Shown here: piece after piece, positions 9,972 to 24,900 of the stretch
Layout: every line of letters begins with the position of its first letter
How positions within the stretch are numbered: the first letter of the stretch is position 1
Assembly: GCF_006345805.1 (NCBI RefSeq)
Contig: NC_043006.1
Span: 24,056,001-24,120,000, forward strand
DNA: 64,000 nucleotides
Origin: Octopus sinensis
Lineage: Eukaryota
Reading direction: 5' to 3'
Made by a program: the position numbers and the translations under genes
The notes under the pieces: model-generated
What the model was told of the DNA's origin: nothing
What the model saw: only the letters and a program-made list of their open reading frames with translations
The model's database searches: none

Positions 9972-12900
9972 GTAAGATATTGCTTCTTTGTGCAATTATT
10001 ACAATAAGAATTCTTTCTGAGTTCATTCCATCTTCAGTCGAAGAAAGAATTCTAATTATAAAATACAGTGTTTCATGATATCCTGTCTTCTATTCACTTG
10101 ATTACACGTTTATAATGGAGTAAAAGATGGTGCGATGTAATATTCAGATATGGAATCATATTTTATACCTACCGTTTACCTGTTATAGATTAGCTTAGTC
10201 CGAAATATGCACGATGGGCCTAATTTAACTGTGAGACTAAATACATATTCATACGACCCCTTATAAACTCATGCCGTAAATACATAATGTATATATGAAC
10301 TGGATCAAACAAGTATCTTAAAATATTAGCTAAGTTTATCAAAGAACAGTCGCAGAACAGAGACTGCATCAGAGATGAAACCTCTGCAATTGTTTCCGGA
10401 ATATTTCATTTTAAGTATCTAGATAAATGAGCCTGTGCTATTTTGTCCTATATTTAAGAGATGGGGAATTATCTACATTATTTACATTTGACGGATATTT
10501 GTCCTCATCTTGTTTGTTGTTAACACAACGTTTCGGCTGATATTCCCTCCACCCTTCTTCGGGTGTCTTGGGGAAATTTCGAACCTGGGTTCTCATTCCT
10601 AAGGTATTTTTCGATATTATTATTATTATTCACGAGCATATGGCGTAGTGGTTAAGAGCGCAACCCCAAGGTTCCGTATTCTATTCCAGGCATGACCTGA
10701 ATAATAATAATAATAATAATAATATCGAAAAAGTATTTAGACAGATGGAACTGTATGGTTAGTTATTTTATACCGGTACTTGAAATATCACCTTTCGCAA
10801 AAATCATTGTTGGTATTAACCATCATATGACATGTTGGAGAACCACATTTAATAATAATAATAATGAAATTATTGTATACAGTGCTCAGGTGCACCACAA
10901 CTTGTCAAAAAGTGCCTATAAAGTATATGGAGTAATGTACAAATGTCTGGAAAGCGTAAAATTTACGAGTTTTCCACTCAATTCTTTGTTGTAAATATAA
11001 TTTATAAATTTGAGATGATCTGAAATGACTATAGTCATTCCTTCATTAAGCTAAATAATAAATAAGATAAAGGAATCATTTTACCATTTTTATCTCCATC
11101 ATGGAGTAAGTTCAGTGACAGGTGAGATACAACAGTATCTTTTTGTTTAAATATGGCTGTTAAAAAAAAAACACTGACGTTTATTTAAAGTTTTGCGCCT
11201 CCCTTAACAGTTACGCTTTTCTCCTTACAAGTTCTCTGTAATGTTCTTTTCTTTACATCCATTCACAGTAAAGAAGAAAATATAATTTCGAAATCAATTG
11301 TAAGATAACAAAAGCTTTTAAAAACCATTACACTTTCAGTTATCTAGGGGTGGGAGAAACAATGCCTATTTACTGCATTTTTAACTTTGTGAAGAAATGC
11401 ATTTTTTTAGAAATGTTCACTGCCTTACAAAATTTATCAGCTAAGCAAATAACCTTCTGTAAATGCATTAAAAATACTTTAATATATTTAGAACACTATT
11501 TAAGAAAATTACCGCCGTTCTCTTGCGCATATAAAAAAGATGTAAGTGGGGCAAAACGAGTAAGACAAGATAAGATAAATCTGTTTCTTCAGTTCTCCAG
11601 AATTACATTTGAAAAAAGACTCATACATATCAATATCTTTCGTTAAACATCAGAAAGATAAGAAATGCCGCAAAAATTTAAAATATCTATGTCAAATGGG
11701 AAAATTGCTCATGATATGAAATTAACAAAACTCAACTGAGTCTATGAACTCAGCATAAAGTATTCTCTCTAGGTTTTCACGATCTCCTCGAGTGGCTTTC
11801 TTCCCTATATATTTATGCATCATACAGTTAAAGAGAAGAGTTATTGAACTTGGTCATTACTCATTTTACCCCATTTTAGACATCTTTTGCAACTTGAACG
11901 TTATGAAATTAGACATTAGTGTGGGAAAAACTTGACATGGAATCTAACAGAAAAGAATTTTGATTGTTAAACATCAAAAATTATCCAGATACTTTATTAG
12001 CAACCTCAATTATAATTGGGTCAAAGTTGAGGAAATATTTCTTGAAGAAGAAGTACCTGTCACCTATGTTTCAATTATTGATATTATTACGGCCATGAAC
12101 TGGCAGAACTGTTAGCACATCAGGCAAAGTGTTTAGCAGCATTTCATTTGTCTTTCTGCATTCAAATTCTACCGAGGTCAACTTTGCCTCTCATCCTTTT
12201 GGGGATCAACAAAATAAGTTCCAGTTGAGCACTGGGGTTGATGTAATCAACTTAACCTCTAATCTGAACTTGTACCAAAATTTGAAATCATTATTATTAT
12301 TCAATGTACGATTGTGGATTAGTTGAATCAGACATAATGCCTTGTAGTATTTGTTTATCAAACAGACTGATGATCAAAGACTTTCCAACCTTGACCATCT
12401 TGTCTGTTATTCAAATAAAGTGCTCAAACAACATTATCCAATGTGTCCTTTTCTTTTGTTTTCAACTGAACAGAGGACCTGTTATTGACTTTGTGGTCTA
12501 AAAGAAGGATGAAGTGAGATTATCAGTTGCTCCATTAATTCATGGAAATGTCCACAATTCATAAAACATTTCTCTCTATTTTTCAAGAGTTTGACATATA
12601 TAAAGTTAGATAACCAAACATGTGATATAACATTAAATACTGGGGAAAAAATGACTAAGTGTTAATTAAACTAACTAGAGATCTTGGATCTTCTATGCAG
12701 TTGTTTGACTTGCTAATAATAGTAATGAAACTCCTTTAAATCTCCTGTTACTGTCTTAAAGAAAGAAAGGACACTCTGCTTAGTGCAGTCTTAGATACAG
12801 TATGCCTGAATAAAAGACAGGAAAATAGTCACGGCTGGAACTCTAACTGAAACGTTGGAATAATGGTCATTGGATTACACCTCATTATTGGATCATATTA

Positions 12901-15900
12901 TTATTATATGGTGGCTTCATCAAAGCTGAGGTAAAGGAGTGGGGTTAAACTAATTAAGAACAACAAAATACAAATTGTTTTGAGATTTAGATTATTGAAA
13001 TTAATACATTATAATAAGAATTTTGGGGTATCTATGTATCTACTCTACAGAAAAACAGCTATATCTGTCCCTTCTATACCTTAAATCTCTCAAATGGTAC
13101 AGAGCCACACACCCTCAAAACTACTCTCCTCCCAGTTGAGAGTTTTTGTCATGTGAGGTCTTGGTGTTGGTGCCATGTAAAAGGCACTGGTGATGGTGCC
13201 ACATGAAGAGCACCCTGTACATTCTGTACAGTGGTTGACATTAGGACAGGCATCCAGCTGTAGAAGCCTTGCTAAAACAGACAATGGAACCTACTGCAGC
13301 TCTTGGCCCTTCCCTTTTCCTGTCAAACCAATCAACCCATGCCAGCATGGAAAATGAACATTAAATGATATGCACCAATTTAAGACAAGAAGATCCAAAG
13401 GTCAACAGATGGAGCCTGAATCTTACATCTATCGGTTATCAGTCAACTATGTTACAAATTATACCAATTATATATTACTAATTACACTGGTTAATAAATT
13501 ATCTTGTGTAAATAGAATAGTATAATTAAAGTAGCAGAAACAATTTATGGTACCTAATCAAAGAGGGAATGGCAGGTACTTTGTTAGGTAAACAATAACA
13601 CAGTCACCCAGACAGCGAATTGGCTCAGTCATTAAGGTGTTAGATAGAATGCCTTATTTGTTCCAACTCTCTGTGCTCTTAGTTCAAATTCTGCCAAAGT
13701 CATCTTTGTTTTCCATCTTTTCTGGAGTGGATTATAATGAACTAATCCAGACTAAGAGGACTGAAAGAACTGTTAATGCATCAGATGAGATGTGTGATAT
13801 CTGTTCCAGCTCTTTGCATTCTGACAACAACACCTGCAATAACTCTGGTACTGAATTGTATCAACCTTTTCCTTTCAACTACATCAGTGACATGGGGTGG
13901 GATCACTTGTATGCTTGCATAACTGTCAATATTCTAAAAAAAAATCTTTACACTGGCCGCCACATGACTGTGTCCATATCCTAATGAACAATTCCTCCTC
14001 ACACCAGAATCACTCAGTAAATAATACCTGGTTCCATTGTATCATTGTCTTGTGATTCTTTGCTGCCTGAAATTGATGATTGTCATGTACAGAATTGTTT
14101 TTGTTTTCTACTTCCAGAAGTAATGGTTTTCAAGAAAGATGTAAAATTCAAGACCATTCCAATTTTGTGTCCAGTGTGTGTGTGATTCCACCAACTACAT
14201 CGCAGGAGGGTTTGATGATTACTGGCAGCAATGATAAATCTATTATTGTCTATGACCTAGACACTTTTCAGAAGCTCTATCAGCTAACTGGTCATGAAGG
14301 AACTGGTAAATTGGCTTGTATAAAATCATTTTGTTATTAGTTATTCTACCACGTGAGGACATGGTTGGTTGGGTTGATAAGGAGCCAGACAACTATCCAA
14401 GAGATTGACAGTTCATATCCTAATATTGGCATTACTTTGTGTCTTTTGCTTTCAAATAGTCAAATCCAGCGAGCTGTAAATAGACAGAACAGAAATAACT
14501 TGCCACTATAAACAGTAACTACTCTGTAAAACTGACAAACTGTGGGTATGACTATGGTTAAGAAGTTCACTCTTGCTATTACATGATTTTTTAGTTTAAT
14601 CCCAATAAGTGGCATCTCAAGCAAATGTGAGTGGAATTGGATCAATGGAAACTATTAGAGAGGGACTGTAATTATTTCATCTTAGTAAGCTGTTACCAAG
14701 CTTCTTACCACTTGTTCTTTTTGTCACTTAACACATTGGTATGAGATGTGCTAAAAATAACAGCTAAGTAGGCCTTAAATCATGCATGAAAATTTTTTTT
14801 TCGGTTTTTGCATAATTGTATGAATTCCTATGTGTAGAATATAAATTTGCAAAACTTTTCTGAAAATTCCAAAAAATAAAAAAGTTATGAGGGGCTGTAT
14901 GATGTGTGTAAAGCAGAATTCAACCACTATTTCATTTGTTTACAGCTAACAGCACATGCTATCGTGCACAAAATGACAGTTTCCAAATCCTGTTTTCTGA
15001 CTGCGTAAAAATGATCAAACTTTAAACCTCTGTAACTTTTTTTCTTTTAAATTTCTGGAAAAAGTGAAGTATCTCTTGAGATTCAGCATGGAAAATTACA
15101 TCAATACACCAAATTTTTAAATTATCACTAAACTTTAAAATTTCCACAGGTGCAGCCAAACAGAAAAAGATCCTTCAGGTTTCTTATTTGAAGACAACTT
15201 GATGCCTTTGTATACTGCTTTTTTATTGTAATAACCCATAAGTCAAGGTTCATTTATCCTTTTCCTCCACCCCCAACATTAAGGCTCTAAGAAATACGGT
15301 GGATGCTGCCCTTCTTTGACTAATTCCTTAAAAAACCTGTTTCATATAGATGGCAAATATTGAATTCAAATCTTCATATGGGTCTAACTTGTGTGAAAGT
15401 ATGTGCTCTGCCATGCTGACTTGATGTTGGGATCATCAATGGCGTTCTAATAGCCAAGTATCTATCAAACCTTAGGCTGTCACTTATTGTCCTCTGCATA
15501 AGGTACATTCACTTATACTGGCCTCTCTCAACCCAAAAGAAGCTGAAATAAGCTCTATCACTTCCCTTACTGTAAGTACAGCATCAAGAAAGTGGGTCAT
15601 CTACCTAGTAATACAATGATGCTTCAAGTATAAATTGAAGTAGTTTCTCAGGTTGTTTTCTCTCTTAGAATTTTTTTTTAGCTTAGAATTCTTGTTCCAT
15701 AAGATACTTTTCAAATAGTTTATTTTCTGTTTGTTATCAAATGCTAGGAATATGTGCAAATCTAAATAATTTAACAGACTTCAGTCAACTGAGATTATTC
15801 AAGTAATTAATAGACAAACATTTCCTCTACAGGAGTTTTTTTAAAAATCTAAACAAAACTAACAAGGAAGACAACTCAGATTTAATCATTTGATCAGAAT

Positions 15901-18900
15901 TCGTAGGGAATGTATAGGCACAAGCATGACTGTGTGCTTAAGAAACTTGCTTCCCTACTATGTGGTTTCAGGTTCAGTCCCACTGTGTAGCACATTGGAT
16001 AAGTGTCTTCTACTATAGCTCCTTGCTAATCAAAGCCTTCTAGATAGATTTGGTAAAGAGATATTGAAAGGCCATTGTGTATGTATACTTGCCTTGTACT
16101 ACATGATGGTTGGCAACAAGTGTCACCAGTCATACAGTGTTGCTCATTTCCAGTTTTCTAAGAAAAACATGTACAGTTATGGAGAAATATTACTTTGCTT
16201 GGAAACAAGTGAGGGTTGGCAACAGGAAAAATATCCAGCTGTTAAAAATCTGCTTCAACAATTTCCAACGATGATGATGATGACAATAATAATAATAAAA
16301 TGCCCTAATTGCAGTATCAGGCACTGGCTTTCACAGCTTCTGATCTTAACTGATTGGAAGTGTTATGTACATTGTTTTAACTTGGTATAAAAGACGGGCT
16401 ACAGCAAATATTCTGCTCAGTACCACAGATTTACTTGTCAGTTGTTTGACCGTAACCAGTTGAGCATGTACCTTGGTGGTGCATCTCTCATCATGAGCAG
16501 AAGTAGTGAGGGAGCATCATAGCCATGTGTTGAGAGGAATTCTTGGGGGTTTGGATAATTCACTTCTGGAAATATGGGCATTTTGTTCAACATCCTTAAA
16601 CAACCCTTATTCAGGGACCTTTTGTGTGAGATGGGCTACTCAACTTAAGAAAATTCTAACTGGGCCCCATCTGCAATGTCATGCACTGTTTATCTTGATA
16701 TAGGATCGCCATGTTGGGCATGTATGGTTGTGATGCATATGCCTGGTGTTCCCTTATCAGACGGGTAGTCATGATGGGTATACTTTGGTGGCGTGCATTG
16801 CTCTCTCACTCAATAATAATAATAATTTTGAATACAGGCACAAGGCCATAGAATTCATGGTGTAGGTGTTATAGCTGATGAAATTGACCTACTTGGTATC
16901 AGTGAGTCTAACTTACACTAAACCTTGACACTAGTAATTAACAATTCTATTGTTGCCCTATCCTAGCTCCACTCTAATTGAACAGACTGTTAATCATAGG
17001 TATTCCAGCTACAACCATTCTATCTTTATTTGTTAATTTCATAAATAATATATATAGGATTGCATTATTACGTATGGCCTTCCTTTTTTATTTAAAACAG
17101 TAAGGTTTGAATTGAGAGCAATTTGTCTGATATTTCTAGCAGGTTAAGCTGTTTAAAATAATCACGAAAAATCTGTGTACACAGAGTCCAATGACTGAAA
17201 CCATTAAAAGTATAAAAGAATGTTAAATGTAAACTTCTTGTCACTAAGCATTTGAATCTTCTTTTTTTAATTTTCAGTCTGTGCTCTAACTTCTGGGAAA
17301 CCTGGTACAATCATCAGTGGCTCTTGGGATAAAACTGCCAAAGTGTGGGTGAATAAACAGTGTGCCATGACTCTTGAAGGTATGCATCCTTATATCACAT
17401 TGTTGAAGTCATCCAACTGTTAAACATCTGCTTCTAAAAGGACTACTTTTTTTAGACCAGATTAATATATCTCAACATATATATTTCTCTTTAAGATACA
17501 AGCCTGGATAAGGTTTTCTAGGGAAGACCATACATTGTTGTGTGGTTAAAGGTTCACTTTGCATGGTTTCTAGTTGAGTCCCACTGCAGAGCACTTTAGA
17601 GAAGTATCTTCTATTATGGCCCTGGCTGACCGAATCTCTGAGAGGCTTTGGTAGACAGAAATGGAGAGAAGCCTGTTGTGTGTTTGTATAAGATGTATAT
17701 GTCTATATCTCCTTTCTTGACACCTTAGTTGCAAACAAGTGTTACTGTCATACAAGTGGTATAATTTGTTTGAAATCTGTGAAATCATGATCCTTGCACT
17801 GTTTGAAGGACCAACAGAAACAGGTGAGGGTTAACAAGAGGAAGGGCATCCAGTCCTAGAAAATCGGCCTTAATGAATTTTGTCTTATCCATGGAAGCAT
17901 GGAAAAGTGAATATTAAAATGATTATGATGATGACAGTTGCCCCCTGTAGTATGTCTTCCATCATCATGCAATTGATGCTGTCCAAAGAAACAACTACCA
18001 CAAGGTATTTTCTCCAGTGCTTTAACAATTTTGCAAATTCACCTTGGAATGGTTATTTCTCATAATGATCCCAGTTTAGGATGAAAGGCAAAGTCAACCT
18101 TAGTGGAATTTGAACTCAGAACATAAACATCCAGAAGAAATACTGCAAAACATTTTATCCAGTACTGTAACAATGAATCCACTACGTTGACTGTTAGCAG
18201 TTTAGATAAAATGTGCAATCTGCTCCCAATCTACTGCAGTCATTCTTGGAGACGGGGGAAATTGTTCTACAGTTAAATGCCTTTCTTATTTTCTTATTAA
18301 ACTAATGTAACAGTGAAATAGAAATGGAATCATTTTTTCAGTTTAGTAGTGTAGTTTGCAGAGTTATGTACTTTGCTTTGTGGACACAGTATGTTTGATT
18401 GAAGAGTGAAATTATGCCCATTTAGTCAGCAGCCCAACTTCCAGCAGCGGTATCTTGCTATCTTTCTCCTGAAATAAACCATTACAGTTCTCCTTAAAGG
18501 GCTCTTCTTTACCATCTACATCTACTTATAAATGAAAGAATGAATGGGTTCATGAATAAAACACTAGATGTATACACTTTTGATTTTTATAACATACACA
18601 TCAACTAGCCATAAATATAAACAGAAACTTTTATGACATCTCAGACAACAGCAGGATTACATGGCTAGATGCAAAACAGGTAACAAAATACAAATGTGTC
18701 CCATTTTGTCTTTTTATCATTTGACAAGCAGCATATTTAATTAGCTTTGAGTTTTGAAAATTTATTATCTCTAAAAAACTTCTTATAAATGTGGGTAGCT
18801 TTGATACATACTATGTAAGTGGGCTATTGTAGTTCTGTACTATTACAAATCTTAAATGAAATTAACATTGAATATTTGCTGCATAGTAAATTACAAGTAC

Positions 18901-21900
18901 AAAAATTTGGGATTTTTTTTTACTTATTTGTTAATGATAATTAATTCTACCTCTAATGCTTCAATGTATAATGTTCACTGAAATGTTAAGCATTCTGTTA
19001 TTTCCAGGTCATGAGGCAGCTGTATGGGTTGTGAGGTATAATTCTGCCCTTGATCTTCTGCTCACTGGTTCTGCAGATAAAACAATACGTGTGTGGCGAG
19101 ATAATAAATGTGAATCTGTTATAAGAGGTAATTCCTATATTCCTTTTCTTTTTAGTGGGGTACAAAATATATCTAAGAGTTAGCTCCTTATCTTTGCCAA
19201 TCCTTCTCTCTCTCCTTGTATATATCATGATCATTTGGAATACACTGCTGTGTGTCCCATTCTCAAGGAGAGAAACTCTTCTGACCCTACCAGTTATCCT
19301 CTCCTATCATACTGATTTCCAACATGTCAAAGGTGTTGGCCATTAACAATAATCTTCTCACCCACCTTGGATTACTCTCTACCCTTAGCGATCATCATTA
19401 CTACTTTCACAATGCCAGATCTGCTGGAGACTTACTCTTCCATGTCACTTATTTTGCCCTCAAGAAATTTGGTAAAACTGTTGTTGCTTTTGATATCAGC
19501 AAAGTATTCATACTGTGTCTAATACACAAATCTGTTGCTAAAACTGCCTGTCAGTAAGCTCTATTCCTACCAGATCTCACCATTGTAATGTATGGTGATA
19601 AAGTTCTCCCTGAATTACACCCTATCAATTCTGCTGTGGTTCAAAGTTCAGTTTTGTTCTCTATACTGTTCTTTAATAACCTATTTGCCATCACCTCCAA
19701 AACACTCCCTATTACACAAATAATACCTCCCTTTATTCTTCCATAACCTGTGATACACTGGCAGTCACATCTAGCACAGATCCAGTTCTCTTCTTTGTAA
19801 AGATCACCTGCCATCTTCCTGTAGCAAGAATATGCTAGCTATCATCTGTCTCATAAGTTGCTATAGCGACTGGTGGATATGGTTGAAAGGTCTGAAGTTG
19901 AGATGATTTTTTTTCTCTCTAACAGGAAATCTTCATCAGCCACTTAGTTTCAGGTTCAGTCTTACTACACAGTACCTTGGCCAAGTGTCTACCAAGCTGA
20001 CTAATTCTTTGTTATGGAATTTGGTAGATGAACACTGAAAGAAGCCCATTGTGTATGTGTCTATAAATGTTTACAAAACTAAGCTGAGCTAAGGATATGG
20101 GTGGTGATGTCACCATTTGTGGTTAGACAGCAACCAGTAAAGTTTGTTGACCTGCCTATGAAAAGTCTGCTAGTTCTCTGCTTTTGAGTTCCTCTGGAAT
20201 AAAAAAGAAAAATCAAATCTCTTTCTTGAAAAACTGGTACAGGTTGCTGACAGATAGCTTCCAGCTATAAAAATTCTGCCTCAATTTCCATCAGTCTAAG
20301 CCATTCTAGCATGGAAAAATAGGTATTAAATGAACTACCAGGGATGAGAAGAGTATGTTTGGCATCATTGAGTAGACCTATCTCTTATTTTCTTGTCTAT
20401 GTTCATAGTTTTTACAGGGCACTTGCTTTGTTATTGAAGGACAATTGAGATTTGAAAAAAGTCCTGATTTACCCTAGATCAATGTCCCATTTTGGTATAC
20501 ATGCTTCATATCACACATCATAACCCCTCCTTCCTGTTTTGATACCCCCTTTTTTGTAATGTCCCCCATTCATTGCCATAATATCTACAAAAGAAATTTT
20601 TCTTTTTTTGACAATCATTATGCCACTTGTAAGAAATCATTATTGTTATGAATATTATCATATTATCACTATCATTCATCCTTGCAGGTCACACCGATTG
20701 CGTGAGAGATATTGCCATCCTTGACAACAACCAGTTCCTATCTTGTTCTAATGATGGGACCATTCGCCGATGGCTACTCAGTGGGGAATGCATCCATGTT
20801 TATAATGGACACAGCAGCTTTGTCTACAGTTTAGCTTTGCTACCAAATGACGACGGATTTGTTACTACTGGAGAAGACAAAACTCTACGTATTTGGCAAA
20901 ACACTTCCTGTGTCCAGACCGTCTTCCATCCATGCAATTCTGTATGGTCTGTGTGTGTCCTACAGAATGGAGATATTATCACTGGTGGAAGGTCAGTTAT
21001 TTTGTTGCTTGTTTTAAAAGGTTTTATTTTTTTGTTATTACTTAAACTCTGGTTTATTCTTAATACACATGTACCTGTTTTTCTTCTGATATATCTTTAT
21101 CTCTCTCTTTCATGACTATTTCTTCTACCATTCAAATTAAAGATGTTACAAGTTTATACAGCCACAGCTCTTTCTTGCTACTGTGGAAACTTGTTATTTA
21201 TCACCCTGGTTAAGCATTCCAGCTATAGCCATCTCATCTTTGTGTTTGAGAGACTATGAAGTTCAATATTTCCTTCTTTAATAGTGATGGTAGTGTGGTA
21301 TTTAAGGTTGGGCTGCTTATTTTTACCAGGTTGAGCAGTAACTCTGACAGGTGGTGTAAATTCTTATCCAGGAGCATGACATGGCAGCTATAGATTACAA
21401 AACTGCCTTAGAATATTGGGGGTAGAATGGAATCCAGAGCCTTGCATAGTATATTAAAAAAAATTCTAAAAATGAAGAAATTAAATGTATACTACCTTTA
21501 TTTTTCACTCTTTTACTGGTTTCAGGGATTGGGCTGTGGCCATGCTGGGGCACAGGGTTCAAGGGTTTTAGTCAATTATATTGATCCCAGTTTTTTGACT
21601 GGTACTTATTTTGTCAGCCTCAGAATACCTTAAGGTATTTTTCTTTGATGATGATGTTCTATGGAGGTTTTATCTAGCATTGAACATTAGAATGTAATAT
21701 ACCCAAAAACTTCATTCCAGAGACTAGGATTCCTCTTATATTGCAGAAAATACTTCAGCCTTGATCAATTGTTAACCCTCTCTACTGAACCTCAAGTAAG
21801 ACCTACACTGAACTACTGCTGACCTCTGCAGGACAGTGCTACTTCAAAAGTCTGATTGACAAATATATTCAAATGCTAAAGGCTACAATAACTTTTGGTC

Positions 21901-24900
21901 CTCAAACCAAGCTGCCTGTAGATACTCATCACGCAGCCTAACGTATCTTTTTTTTTCTCCTGAAATCATATACCAGATTCCTTGCTAATATTTCAGCCAA
22001 CCCTTTCTCTCCAGAATGGTTTCTCCCAGCTCACAATTTTCCTTATAGAGGGCAAATCTGCATCTGTTGAAAGTTTTTTATGAAAAAAATTTAGAAAATT
22101 TTTGATTACCCCCTTCTTGACTTTGGCCACTTAAAATGATAGGAGAAGCCTTTTCAATAAAAAAAAATTATGAAAGTATTTTCCAATGATAAAATGTGTG
22201 ATTTAGCACATCCCACAACTACCTGATACATCATCATTTAACATTCGTTTTCTATGTTGACATGGGTTGGATGGTTTGACAGAAATCTGGTAAGCTGAGG
22301 AGCACCAGGTTTCAACTTGATTTGGCATTGGTTTTTCTACAGCTGATGTCCTTCCTAACACCAACCACTCCAAGAGTGTAGTGGGTGCGTTTTTATGTGC
22401 TACCAACACAAGTGCCAGTTATGAAACAGCAGCATCAGCCACGACTACAATCTCACTTGGCTTGACAAGTCTTCTCAAGTATGGTATATTGCCAAAAGTC
22501 TTGGTCACTTGTCACTGCCTCTTACCTTTCTCAGAATTGCATGTAGACTTAGGTTAAATAACAAACAAAATGCAAAAACTAATTCCTTGCTTTAAGCTTT
22601 AAAAAACATGAATTAAAATCGTTAACAACATCTGTAACTTACGGCAAACTTGTTAGTAAGAAAGAGGGAAAAAAAGACCTAACATGAATATGTAAACACT
22701 GACACAAATTATCCCGACTGTATTCAAAATTGGGGGGTGGGGTTAAAAAACCCACATCTGACTTTAATAGTCTACAAAATTATATTCTTTATACAATATA
22801 ATTTTATTGGTGGAATTTTACCACTATTTCTCAAAGAAAATGAAATTTACATGTACAAGAATATCCACTAGACTTGCCTAGCAGCTCTCCACATGTTAAA
22901 ACAAGGAAAGGGAATCAACAACATTCTCAATACGATTTCATGCTAAGCTTGGGTTTCAGAAGACTTATTAAACTCAATTTAATGCATTTTGTGTAGAAAT
23001 ATATGTTTACTTAGTAATTAGTTTGTCCCTTTTTTGAACTTCTGGCTCAAACTTAAGATTTGAAGTTTGGGATTTGTGTTCTGTTTGACCTCTTGTCACA
23101 TGCGAATATCTCAGTTTGGCAAGTAGGGTCAATATACCACCCTCTTTACTCACTTTGCACTTTTCACCATACTGTGGCCAGATTTAGCAATGCCTATATT
23201 GAATTTATGAGAATTTTTTTTTTTATTATGATATAAAATTCTTGAAGAAAATATGTCCTTTTTTAAGTGAAAACTTAGCAATGAAATTTTAACTTTTATA
23301 TTTCGTAATGATTATCTGACCTACCTCCATCGATTTTTATATCAAAATAAAGCAAAAACCTTCCTCTTCATGATAGTATGGTTTTAAACTTATTTTGTGT
23401 TATCACACTAGGGCACATTGAATTAGAATGAGGGCTACCATTCAGCAGTCCAAAAAAAAAAAAAACAGGACAAACTTTGTAAGTGCACGGAAATACCAAG
23501 ATGTTTGAGAGATCCTGACATGGTATGTGACTGTCAGATTATAATTAAAACTACATGGGAAGAAAGTTCACATCCAGAACTTTCAAATGATATATAATTT
23601 TCTTCAGAAAATATTTTGACATGAAAATGATGAAGCAAAAAAGTGTGTTTTTGTGTGTTCAAACTGTGCTTGTCTCCATTGTATGGCATTCCGTAGTGAT
23701 ACCCACTCTTAGTGAAGGAAACAGGAGAAATAGTAGTGCTAGATGTAAACTACCAGCATTTCAGTTGTTGTGTATCTCCAGTTCTGTGGTAAGCAAGGAT
23801 TTGACCTAACAACTAGGTGTGTCTACAGATGGGTTTTTTTTTTCAGTTATACTATATCCCACCTAGCAGACACCATACTATATACTCCAACATGCAGAGA
23901 TGGCTCCTAGTAGAATGCAGAGTGACAGTCTGGGCATCCTGGTATATCCCAACAATTTCACCTACCTTGTTTCTCTTTGTTGTCTCATAACTATTGAGCC
24001 CCACCACCACCTCTCTCTTTCTCATTGTCATTCATTTTATACATATTTTCATTATATAGTGATGCCATGATACGAGTGTTTACCCGAAATACTGACCGTA
24101 TGGCCGCTGTTGAAGACCAAAAGACATATGATGATCTGGTAACTCTCAGTAATGCTCCCTCTAAAGTAGCTGGAGTGAAGATGGAAGACATTCCTGGTTT
24201 GGAAGTCTTAAGAAAACCTGGTAAATACATATTTCCATTTATGCTACATATTTTCTGTCATAGCTGAATGGTTTACATGCTGGATTCTGATTCAGTGGTT
24301 AAGAATTTAAATCCAGACATAATTATTTCTTCTTTTAAACAAGTTAGTGTTCTAGTTAGCTCAAGATATTTGTTCTATATTATACAAGTCTGTACTTATC
24401 TTTAATATATTCCAACCAACAATGATGTTGATGAATCACAATTTATTTAAACAATAACACAACCTCAGTGTATGGAACTAATTACATATTAGACTTTGTT
24501 CTTTTTGGTTTTTTAAAATTTATGTTTGTAATCTTCCCTTTATTAATTCAAAACCATACATCCTTCAAACTCTACTGAAGCTTCATTCTTTACTATTCTT
24601 AATAACTGGCATTGAAAAGCCTTCTTTTTTTTTTTTGCCTTAATCTCCTGGACATCAGATAAGCTAGAATGCATGATCCAAGAGCAGAGGCCAGTTCAAG
24701 CCATATGATGAGAAAAGAACATTTTTACATCAACTAACTCTGAGTAGCTGAAATACTGACCCACAGGCACCTGGATTCAAGCCTAGCATTTAAATAAATT
24801 TATAAAGTTGAATTTCTTGTGAATATCAGCAGTTCTTCAATAGTGTTACAAAGTTAAAATCTAAATTATCCTTAGATACAACACTAGACGATCAGGTCAC

